The position numbers and the translations under genes were made by a program. Positions 16,721 through 26,300 of a DNA stretch of 37,022 nt are shown one piece after another. The notes under the pieces are model-generated. The model ran no database searches. It was not told the DNA's origin and saw nothing but the letters and a program-made list of their open reading frames with translations. How positions within the stretch are numbered: position 1 is the stretch's first letter; each line of letters begins with the position of its first letter. Where the stretch lies: contig CAMKRB010000002.1 of assembly GCA_946415045.1 (NCBI GenBank), positions 1 to 37,022 on the forward strand, in the 5' to 3' direction. The stretch is from an uncultured Myxococcales bacterium. Its GTDB lineage: Bacteria; Myxococcota_A; Bradymonadia; UBA4248.

Positions 16721-16911
16721 AATTTCCCTGTTTTTTGTCCATGCACCATCCGGTGCAACCATGTGCGCTGATATCACCAATACGCACATTTGGCTAGTAT
16801 AACGCAAATCATCGGGAACAGATATTAAATTTGTCCAGCACTGCCCCACAACTGGACGCTTTCTCTTAACCCGGAATAAGCACCGCTTAATCCCCCAGTA
16901 TGGAAATAAAA

Positions 16912-18351
16912 ATGCAACACAGAATCGCACCGTTTTGGATGGCTCTGTTATTGGTTCCACAGCTTTGCGCCGCACAGGATGCCGCTTCATCTCAGGTTTC
17001 AAGACAAAACGAGAAAGACCTGCGGGAATCGTGCGCCATGACAGGATCGGCAGATATATGCACACAGTGGACTGCAGTCGCAAGCTGCGTGATGAATTAC
17101 CGCGAAAACCTCCCCGAAATTGCCAAACTCCAGTCCAATGAGGATTTGCAGAAATTCCGCATAAACGCGGCTAAAAATTTGCCCAAGGCTTGCACCGGCA
17201 TCGCCAAAATCCTGCTGCAAATCGATATTCTCAACGGCGATCTGGCGCTCCCCAAACCTCAGCTCTCCAAAAGCGAACGCGAAAAACGCTGGCAAAGTAT
17301 TTTCGATATGTCCAAATCTGCCGATATCATTGCGCAACAACGGCAGCTCATCGCCCACGAATTCATCAACGCCCCGGATTTCCAGGAGATGATGAAGCTG
17401 CCCAAAGTCAAACAGTATATTACATCGGCAAGCGACGAGGCTTTCACCCTGCTCCCCGAAATTTCGGACGATACCACTTCATTTTTGTCACAGCTCCACA
17501 CCATCGATCCCAACGCTGTCACCATGCGCGGTTCTATCGTTATGGCTATGCTCGATCTGCGCAATGGCCGCTATCTTTCTGCCAAAAATCACCTCCTCGA
17601 TATCGACACATCCAAACTGTCCGAAGCCGAAATCAGCAAATTCGCTCCAGAAATCAAGAAGAATGGCATTCACCTCATCAAACAGGACGATTTCATCAAC
17701 GCCGTCTGCTTGCCCGAAATCGATCGGAGTGTCAAAAACACCCGCACCATGTGGCTCTATCAGCTGATGATGGATAAAGACAGCGAATCAGCGGTTTATA
17801 TTCTGCGCGGCACAAGCGGACTGTACCTCAGAAACTGCGAATTTGAACGCGTCTGCACACTGTCCGCATCCATCTGGTCCACGCGATACACCAATGGCGA
17901 TGTCCAGGCCTACTTCAATGATCTCGTCAAATACATCGAAGCACACCCCGAACCCGCGCTCGTCCAGACGTTCGTCAAATCGATGTCAGCCATGAGCGGT
18001 GAAGCGCTCGAAGCCCTCAAATCCCGCTACGGCACCCGCATTAGCAAAATCGTTCTCAATCAGGCCAGATATGATATTGCATCCAAAGCCTACACGAATG
18101 CGCAGGATTTACTGTCAGGCGCACTGCGCCTGGTTCCCGATGCAGGTTCATGCGACCTGCGGCTGCAATACGGCCGCGCCCTGCACCTGGACAACAAACG
18201 CATTCCCGCACGTCAGCAATGGAGCTATATCATCGAACACGGCGAACGCAATCTGTGCCGCGAAATTGCTTTTACACTCGCCATCCAGTCGCTGCAGAAA
18301 GACGGTAAAAAAGCAGAAGCCGAGGCACTGGAAAAGCAGCGCGAACAGTAG
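16912..18351 (+). CDS. secreted hypothetical protein, helical/TPR-like C-terminus
   Basis: Signal-peptide-like N-terminus MQHRIAPFWMALLLVPQLCAAQD. The rest is helical and Lys/Glu/Leu-rich. Start is ATG 16912 or ATG 16900. Confidence 0.75.
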   Translation: MQHRIAPFWMALLLVPQLCAAQDAASSQVSRQNEKDLRESCAMTGSADICTQWTAVASCVMNYRENLPEIAKLQSNEDLQKFRINAAKNLPKACTGIAKILLQIDILNGDLALPKPQLSKSEREKRWQSIFDMSKSADIIAQQRQLIAHEFINAPDFQEMMKLPKVKQYITSASDEAFTLLPEISDDTTSFLSQLHTIDPNAVTMRGSIVMAMLDLRNGRYLSAKNHLLDIDTSKLSEAEISKFAPEIKKNGIHLIKQDDFINAVCLPEIDRSVKNTRTMWLYQLMMDKDSESAVYILRGTSGLYLRNCEFERVCTLSASIWSTRYTNGDVQAYFNDLVKYIEAHPEPALVQTFVKSMSAMSGEALEALKSRYGTRISKIVLNQARYDIASKAYTNAQDLLSGALRLVPDAGSCDLRLQYGRALHLDNKRIPARQQWSYIIEHGERNLCREIAFTLAIQSLQKDGKKAEAEALEKQREQ

Positions 18352-18448
18352 AAAGCGATGCACATTTGCAGCCGCGTTCCAATCGCCACCAGTGCGACGA
18401 TCCGGCCAAATCGCAATGGTCACACCGGAGAGACATCTAAAAATAGCA

Positions 18449-18537
18449 CGCCGTATTGGGGAACCCAATACGGCGGTGCCGGCACGCGCAGATGCGCGTG
18501 CCACGCGCAGCGTATCACGCGCAGGCGTGATAGCTGC
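18449..18537. repeat. REP-like hairpin cluster between convergent genes (likely bidirectional terminator region)
   Basis: cgccgtattggg-gaa-cccaatacggcg (12-bp stem), ggcacgcgca-ga-tgcgcgtgcc, and gcagc-g-tatcacgc-gcag-gcgtgata-gctgc. The last has the same bulged-G/TAT...ATA architecture as the other copies. Confidence 0.65.
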
Positions 18538-18554
18538 CGCCCCCCAAGAATCAT

Positions 18555-21500
18555 TTACTTTATCCACGGAATATAAATCGTGCCGCCTCTGGGCTCGACG
18601 ACCTTTTTCATGCTTGAAACCGGTGCCCACATCGTAGGCTTGCTGCACGAGGCGATATTCTCGCAACCCGACAGCGTATTGGCGGGATCGATATCCGTTG
18701 TGCCGGACTGGAGCGCGAATTCCACAGCATCCGGTGCAAATGCCGGGAACTGCACTTCGCCGTCCAGTGAAATAAACTTTAGTTCTGTCGCATAATCCGC
18801 GCTGTCGCGCATCAGCCAGTAAACATTTTTGGTTTGCGCAAGATTCAGCTTCTTGGTGTCGAGCTGCGTGTCTTCGATCGTAATGGCCGATCCTGGCAAC
18901 GCATTGAACAGGTGTGGCCCGTGTTCCGTCTTGATGCCATCGCTGGCCTTGTGCGTCGTTGCGTCAATTCCCGTATAGGTATTCATGCGTGCCGCCGAAA
19001 AGATATTTTCGAGGCTGAGCGTGGCGTTTGTGATGTTGTTGATAAATCCGGAACTAATGATGCTTTTGGCATAGACATCGGCATAGTAGGAGAAGTTCTT
19101 TACGCTGGTATTTGCCATGGTACGTTTGATGGCGCTTACCTCGGAGGCATCGGTCTGCAGGTGGCGGATAAGAACAGCGGCACCATCAATGGCGCTGTTG
19201 GCCTCCATCTCGTCGACGGCACCGCCACGACCGCCATCCAGCACCATGCTTTCGATTTCGACTTTAACACTTTCAAATTTTCCGCCCGAATGCATATATG
19301 AGCCGAGCGCCCAGCCACGGTAACCGGCGATAATATAGATATTACCAAACTTTGCGCTGACGTTTGAAATCGTCGTGGACACATCCCTGCACAGACCATC
19401 GAAATCGCCATGATTCTTTGTGCCCTGGGTACCGATGTCCAGGCTGATATCGCCCATTGTGAGTTTGATGTTGTTTGTCGTGATACCGGCTTTACATTCG
19501 TGGAAAAGGCCAGAGACATAGAATGGTGAAATGATGTTACCAATATCTATTGTGACATTGGAGATCACATCACTGCCACCGCCAGAAATCAAACTCGCCA
19601 ACCCCCAGAAATAATGGGTGTAGGCGTTCACTTCTTTATCTCTCTGTTTCACATTGCCAAGCTTAATGCTCACATTATTAACCGAACGCTTGATAGCGTT
19701 GGCAAGTCCATAAGTCGGCCCCATTTCTGTCATATTGCCGACTTCGATGCTGGTTTTGCCGTTCAGCATAATGCCATTGGCAGAGATTTCCTGGCCAATG
19801 CCATAATAGTCATTGGGGGCCGAGATGTCGCCGATCTTGATGGTGATATCACCAATCGAGAATTTTTTGATCGCGAATGCAATACCTGTATAGGAATCGC
19901 TTGACTGATGGTTGCCGGTCGTAATCGTCGTCGTTCCCATCACGGAACAGTTGTTTGGATTATTAAACAGACCGTAATATTTTCTGTACTTCAGATCGCC
20001 GGTGACGATATCGACATCATTCAGTTTAAAGTTTTCGCCTTCGCTGGCAATGCCATAATAATGGTTGTCTGTGCCTTCGATCAGATCGAGCGCCTTTGTA
20101 CGAATCGTCAGCTTGCCCCAGATAGTGCTTTCTTTTGGATTATAGGCAACACCGAAATAGCCCCTGCCCTGTAAACTTCTGCCTTCCGGATCACCATTCA
20201 ACGCAATGGATACGTCGCCATTAATCGACAGATTATTGAGATAATCGCCTACACCATAATAATGCGCATAAAGGACCATCGATCCACGTTTTGCCAGGAT
20301 ATTGCCCGTATGTTTAGAATTGCTCCAGGTTCTGGATAAAGCATAATAACTGTGAATGCCATTCATCCGGTTGAGTTCAATCTGGAAATCCCCCAGGGAA
20401 GTCAGATTGTTAATTCTATATGAAAAATCGAGATAGGAAATCGTCTTTCCTTTTATTGCATAAACAGAATCAACTCGCGAAGAAATGCCACCAATTATGG
20501 TGCTATTATTGATCGTATCTGCAAACGGGCTCAACAGTATTGTAGAATTGTTTGTATTGTTGGCACCTATCCATGCGATTTTGGTAGCAGGGGACAGAAT
20601 GCGGCTATTGTTGCCGACATTTGCTGCCCATCCATTAAAACCACGATTATTGGTAAGAACGTAATCATCCACAGTCACAGATGAATCGCTCACGAATGAA
20701 TCGCTCAACATGCCAAAAAGGCCATTAAAGCCAGCGACGCCCAAATACAACCCCGAAGGAATATCCTCGTTCGGTGTGGAAATACCAAATGCATAGGTCG
20801 TGTTCTGGGTTATATTACCCCTGAACCGAATGTCTCTGAAATCGTTCGTCCAGCTCTCGGCGCTCGGGGAATTCATAATACCAAAACTATAGTATTGATT
20901 GCTTGTAACCTTATTGCCTGAAATATAATCGCTTTCTGATGCCTCGTTCATCGCCGGCTTATTTTCGAGATTGATATTTCCGGCAAAATGTACATTGGTA
21001 AGTGAAGAATTGCGAATCTCCTTCGCAAACATCGACTGTACCACACCACGCATATTATAATTCAGCGACAATGATTCGACGACGGATGACGCAACCGCAT
21101 CAAACAGCGGATCGACCAGCGAGCAGGTTTCGCCCGAAGCATTTCTAAAGAAAATTCTGTGATTCTGGCCATCAAAATGTACATTTTCCAAATCCACCGA
21201 ACGCCATCGCATCACGCAAGTAGCATCGGGTATTTCAAATGCTTTGTAATCCGCATCGCCGGGTGTGTATATTTTTTCTACGGGTACACCATCCTCATTT
21301 GGGATATATTCTCTCCACGGAACATTCAGCGAATCGAACGGAACCTCGACGATATCGCCGTCGGCTGCAGCATCGGCAAGATTGATATCGTTCATCAGGC
21401 GAACATGAAGTTTGGCGGTATATTGCGGTTCGCATACGACCTGTTCGGTTCCAAATGCAATACAATCGTTGCATTCGTTCAATACAACCACCCCATTGAC

Positions 21501-23117
21501 GCATTCCAGCTTGGACTGACCATCAGCCTGACAAGACGGTTTATACATCATCGGATCACAGCAATCGCCCACGACCGGGTTCGATTTGTCGGAATTTTCG
21601 TTGCATAGTTTGCAAGAAGTCCCGTCACAGCCATAATCGCACACCGATTCGACGATAATCCCATTATCGCATTTTTGCGCCTTGTCTTCGTCACAAAAAG
21701 CATTGAATGAATCATCGCAGCAGCTTCCGGCGCTGTAATCGTCACCATCTTCGAGCGGCAAACAGCTGGCGCAGTGATCCTCATCGCAGCCATAGTCGCA
21801 TGTCGTCTCAATCACGATATCCGACGCGCACGACAGCATTTTGCCACTCGAACATGAATTCACATATTCGGCTGCATCACAACACTGGCCGATCGTCGGT
21901 TCTTCGCCTTCTTCGGGGGGATCGCAAGGTTCTGGTACGACAGGCTGATTCACCGCTGCAATCTCGCGGCTCAGCCGTTCAAAGTCGCTGGCGTGCCAGA
22001 TTTCAAACACGCGACTGCCGTCCTTATCGGTCACATAATTGCAGTCATAATCTGGTTCATCGCTCACCGGATCTTTCACATTTGGATTGTATGGGCAGCC
22101 ATCTTCTTCATCCGGCACGCCATCGCAGTCGTAATCGCCATCTTCACAGGCACTGCATACGTGTTCGTCGCAAAACTGGTTGCTGCCGCAGTCGCCGTTT
22201 TTCACGCACATATAGCAGTGATTGTCGCTCTGGTCGCATTTTTGTCCGCCGCTGCAGTCCAAATCGGCCGTACATTCAAATGTGCAGACGTTATCGACGC
22301 AGATTTTGTTGCCCGCACACTGCGTACTGTCCGTACAGGCCACACAGACTGCATTCAGATTACCGTTTTCTGCATCGTCAATGCAAAATGGCAAGGCGCT
22401 GTCTTTTTCTGCGCACTGGGTATCGCTCGTACATGCCGGTTCGCACATATTCCCGACACAGACGAATGTACCGCCGCAATCCTCATTTCGATCGCATTCG
22501 ACGCAATTGTTTTCGACGCACAGCGTACCATTTGTATTTTCAACGCAATGCGCATCGAACAGGCAATCGACGCATGCGCCGTCCATGCAATGATTCGACG
22601 CGCAGTCGCCATCCTCAATACATCCCACGCGGCACTGGTCGGCATGGCACACCTCGCCGGCGGCCTCGTTGCAGTCCGCAGCGCTCTCGCATTCCGGTTC
22701 GCAACGGTTCGATCTGCACACCCAAACACCGTCACAGTCGGTATCTTTCTCACATTCCGGCTTGCAGACCTGGTTTTTGCACACCAAATCGCCTTCGCAC
22801 TCGTCATTGTTCTGGCACTCGGGAACGCACCTGTCATTTCTGCACACCAGATTGCCCCTGCAATCGTCATTATTTGTGCAAACCGCCACGCAATGCGAGT
22901 TTTCGCACACCAAATCCCCGGCACATTCCGTATCATACGTACACTCGATTTCCACCGGCGTACCTTCACATGTATTGGTCGCCTCGTTACACGTCTGGCC
23001 CGCGAGACATGCGCCATCACAAGGCAATGCGACCTTCTCGGTTGAAGAATCGTCACAGCCGAAAGATGCGGTCAAAGCCGCACAAATCAAAGCAATATTT
23101 ATTCGGGATGTTTTCAT
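18555..23117 (-). CDS. giant lipoprotein P1 (1520 aa): Cys-repeat stalk, TSP3-like motif, three CCD modules, ~900-aa beta-solenoid-like repeat domain
   Basis: ATG 23117 is preceded by GAGGAAA. The signal/lipobox is MKTSRINIALICAALTASFGC, followed by DDSS. About 13 units of the 21-aa C-x5-C-x5-C-x4-C repeat are present, plus DCDGVPDEEDGCPYNPN. The C-terminal ~30-aa degenerate repeats have a [YFW]-G-[LI] core. Confidence 0.92.
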   Translation of the reverse strand: MKTSRINIALICAALTASFGCDDSSTEKVALPCDGACLAGQTCNEATNTCEGTPVEIECTYDTECAGDLVCENSHCVAVCTNNDDCRGNLVCRNDRCVPECQNNDECEGDLVCKNQVCKPECEKDTDCDGVWVCRSNRCEPECESAADCNEAAGEVCHADQCRVGCIEDGDCASNHCMDGACVDCLFDAHCVENTNGTLCVENNCVECDRNEDCGGTFVCVGNMCEPACTSDTQCAEKDSALPFCIDDAENGNLNAVCVACTDSTQCAGNKICVDNVCTFECTADLDCSGGQKCDQSDNHCYMCVKNGDCGSNQFCDEHVCSACEDGDYDCDGVPDEEDGCPYNPNVKDPVSDEPDYDCNYVTDKDGSRVFEIWHASDFERLSREIAAVNQPVVPEPCDPPEEGEEPTIGQCCDAAEYVNSCSSGKMLSCASDIVIETTCDYGCDEDHCASCLPLEDGDDYSAGSCCDDSFNAFCDEDKAQKCDNGIIVESVCDYGCDGTSCKLCNENSDKSNPVVGDCCDPMMYKPSCQADGQSKLECVNGVVVLNECNDCIAFGTEQVVCEPQYTAKLHVRLMNDINLADAAADGDIVEVPFDSLNVPWREYIPNEDGVPVEKIYTPGDADYKAFEIPDATCVMRWRSVDLENVHFDGQNHRIFFRNASGETCSLVDPLFDAVASSVVESLSLNYNMRGVVQSMFAKEIRNSSLTNVHFAGNINLENKPAMNEASESDYISGNKVTSNQYYSFGIMNSPSAESWTNDFRDIRFRGNITQNTTYAFGISTPNEDIPSGLYLGVAGFNGLFGMLSDSFVSDSSVTVDDYVLTNNRGFNGWAANVGNNSRILSPATKIAWIGANNTNNSTILLSPFADTINNSTIIGGISSRVDSVYAIKGKTISYLDFSYRINNLTSLGDFQIELNRMNGIHSYYALSRTWSNSKHTGNILAKRGSMVLYAHYYGVGDYLNNLSINGDVSIALNGDPEGRSLQGRGYFGVAYNPKESTIWGKLTIRTKALDLIEGTDNHYYGIASEGENFKLNDVDIVTGDLKYRKYYGLFNNPNNCSVMGTTTITTGNHQSSDSYTGIAFAIKKFSIGDITIKIGDISAPNDYYGIGQEISANGIMLNGKTSIEVGNMTEMGPTYGLANAIKRSVNNVSIKLGNVKQRDKEVNAYTHYFWGLASLISGGGSDVISNVTIDIGNIISPFYVSGLFHECKAGITTNNIKLTMGDISLDIGTQGTKNHGDFDGLCRDVSTTISNVSAKFGNIYIIAGYRGWALGSYMHSGGKFESVKVEIESMVLDGGRGGAVDEMEANSAIDGAAVLIRHLQTDASEVSAIKRTMANTSVKNFSYYADVYAKSIISSGFINNITNATLSLENIFSAARMNTYTGIDATTHKASDGIKTEHGPHLFNALPGSAITIEDTQLDTKKLNLAQTKNVYWLMRDSADYATELKFISLDGEVQFPAFAPDAVEFALQSGTTDIDPANTLSGCENIASCSKPTMWAPVSSMKKVVEPRGGTIYIPWIK

Positions 23118-23223
23118 CGTTTCCTCATCAAAGCGAAACCAACGCAGCAGCGTTCTGACTGCAGCGCCCATAGATTAGCAATTCCACCAGAACAATCAAC
23201 AACCTGTATTCTCTGTTGTATGT

Positions 23224-23357
23224 GGGGGAAGCCTCCCCCTACGCGTCTATTGGCGCGGCGTATCGAGCACAGGGGCGACCCCGTGCGGTCGCCCGCAAGC
23301 GAGATAGCCAGCGCGCGAGCGCGTATTGAGCGTCAGCGAAATAGCGCCGCACCAATA
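23224..23357. repeat. degenerate REP-like structured spacer
   Basis: Hairpins ggggga-agcc-tccccc (23224-23239) and gggcgacc-ccgtgc-ggtcgccc (23273-23294). A long-range pairing tattggcgcggcg / cgccgcaccaata (12 of 13) closes the region. GTAT...ATAG motifs are present. Confidence 0.5.
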
Positions 23358-23382
23358 CGCCGCTACCCCCTCGAATCTGTAG

Positions 23383-26300
23383 CTACAAACTGCCAATCCA
23401 CGATCGAATAAAATCTGTCGTGCCATTGGTCAAGTCCGTTCCAGCCTTTGCCCCCTTGCCCTCGGTGGTATCCGTCGAATCCGCCACGGTTTTACCCGGC
23501 GTCTGCGTACCGAATGCAGGATCTTCAAGGCTGTAGACGAAATCCTGCGAGACGCGATAACCGCAATTTTCCAGCGTCGTTCGGGAGTCTGCGGTAAAAC
23601 ATGGTTTGTAGTAAGAGGCTTCGGCGCAATTCGCGGTCACGTCGCGGTTACATGTGAACAAAAACGAGACGGCATTTCCGGCAACGCCGCCGGCACCTGC
23701 GCCGCCGCCGCCGCCATTGCCGCCATTGCCGCCAGCTGTCGCTTTGTCGCAATACAAATCGTAAGACAGGTTCTCTTTGGCATAGCCGATTTCGTTGCCG
23801 CCTTTGCCGCCCAGGCCGCCATCCGAGCCATTTTGCGCCGATCCGCCCGATCCGGCAATCGTATGAAACGACGTCTGCGTGAGCTTGATGTTGGCATCGC
23901 CAGAGATCGGCACGCTCAGGACCAGACCGATGGCCGATCCGCCGGTACCGCCCGGTTCGCCGCCCTTGCCACCGCAACCGCCGTTACCACCCGAACCGGC
24001 GCTGATCCAGCTTCGATGGCTCACCCACTGCGATGAAAATGCGCGATAAACCGCGCCACCGCCACCACCGCCGCCCGCAGCGCCGTCCATGCCTTTGATT
24101 TCGCCGACAGTGTCGTAGTTGCTCGCAAAATATAACGTCGAGTGATCGAGTGCGGCAGCAAGCGTAAGTTTTATGAGCGAATGACTGCCATTTCGGCCGT
24201 TTTCGCCATTTTTACCATCGGCACCGCGACCTTTGCCGGAATCGACGCTGGTGTCACTGTTGCACCCATCATGTGTGATGCCCGCAGTCGTTAGACCTTT
24301 GCCACCCGAACCGCCCTTAACTACAGACCCGCCAAGCGACACATTCTGGCCATTCGTGCCGTTTTGCCCAAGATAACCATCATCCGAGCCATCATAATTT
24401 GCACTTTTATCGCCATCCTTGTCGTTGATTTTGGCGATATGCCCCCCGCAGCCGCCCGTTCCGGTGGTATAGACATCTGCACAAATCTGTGATTCGGCGC
24501 ACCAGGTTTCGCTCGTATAAAGTGATGTATCGCCCTCGACGCGAACGCCGTTTTTCCCATTGTTGCCATCGGCCCCGGCATCCAATGCTGTCGTTCGGGA
24601 TACGCCATCCGGTGCTGTAATCGTCCATCTGGTGCGGTTCAGATTGAGATCTGCACATCCCAGACTGCCACACGACAAGCCCACAAACGTCGTGCCATGC
24701 GGCAACGCTTTGGCACTGGACGACATCGACATCTCGAAATCACTCATGGCCAGGCTTACACTCAAAGACCCATCTGTTCCAACCATCACATAACTGTCGC
24801 GATCTATCGACGATATCACCCAGTGCTGCTTCGATTTCTGGTCATCCTGATATTGCCAGTGCAAATAGTTGCTGTCATGTTTAGGATTACGCGCAAATCC
24901 GCCATAAATGCGAATCGATTCTGTCGGGTAATCGCCTTCGGTAAAGAATCGATAGGTCTGAGCCGATTTGGACGCATCGCTCAATATTTCTTTTACCAGA
25001 ATGGAATGTTCCAGATAGGCAGTTTTGGCCGGATTATCACTTATCTGCGGCAATTTCGGGAGCGCCGCCGGACTGTGCGTCGCATTCATGCGCAAAACAA
25101 TGGGCTGCGAAATGGTTTCGTTCACATCTGCCGCAACCAGAATATCGGGATAAATGCTCATCGAAGCATCATCGATACGATAGGTGGTTGCGGATAATTG
25201 CAATGCACTGTTGAGCGAGGCTTTGGGCTCTATCAGGTTGCGGGTTGGACTGAATTTACCCGATTTATCGTCGCTGCCCCCCAAATCTCCCTGAACCGAT
25301 TTGGCGACAAAAATCGCATCTGCGAGATTGTAATCGTAGCCGTCGCAATTCGAGTCGATGCCGTCGCCATAAAAATCATACGGACGCGCGGTATATAACG
25401 GAAAGCAGTTGTCTTTGGAAGGATCTGCGCTGATTTCTTCTTCCGAAGGATAATAGCCCAGTTTGCACAGGTTGATGGATCCATCGACATTCTGCGCCGC
25501 ATTGTAATCTGCGTCGTTTTGATAGACGCGGGCGCCGTTGTTCAGAATCAGGCAGGGATAGCGCACGGATGTGGAATTTTCGCAGGTATTCAGGTTGCAA
25601 ACCATATCCGAACCACTGCAGTCGGTATTAACTACGCATTCAACGCAGCGCATGTTGCTGCACAGTTTTCCATCTGTACAATCGGATGGTTTTGTACATC
25701 CGGCCGCACACTGGCCAGCTTTACAGATATAGGGCGAAATACAGTCATCGTCTTCGGTGCAGTCTTTTATACATCTCGAACCGCTGCAATATGAAGGCAA
25801 TGTACAATCGCTGTTCGACAAACATTCCGGACGACAGCGGTTGGAGCGACAGACGAATCCATCCGCACAATCCGTATCTTCCACGCATTCCAGTTTGCAT
25901 TTGTTCGACTTGCAAACCCGACCATTTGTACAATCCTTGTCTTCATAGCATTCGATGCTGGGATCTTTGCAGTGGTTACGGCTGCAATAAAAATCGTTGT
26001 CGCAATCGTCGTCAATCACGCACCAAAGTGGATCTTTTTCGCATAAGCCCTCATTACAAATAAAGCTGTTATCGCAGTCGTCGTCGTTTGTGCAGGGTGG
26101 CACGCATTTTTGCGACAAACACAAATCGGTGCCTTCGCAATCGTCGTTATTCTGGCATTCGGGGCCACATTGATGATCGCGGCAAACCCAGTCGTTTTCA
26201 CAGGCATCGTCCGTTTCACATTCATAGACGCAGCGATTCGACACACAAACGCGATCATCGGCGCAATCGTTGGTGTTCCTGCATTCGATCTCACAGACAT

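Noticed and set aside
21707-23158. Alternative-frame ORFs over the Cys-repeat DNA (483 and 350 aa on +, 233 aa on -). Similar ORFs lie at 26016-26802 over P2 and 31879-32446 over P3
   Set aside because: The 63-bp repeat uses a narrow codon set (TGC, GAC, AAC, GAA...), which leaves several frames free of stop codons. The translations are Arg/His/Ser or Ala/Ile/Phe low complexity. The annotated frame has signal peptides, an SD and a regular Cys pattern.
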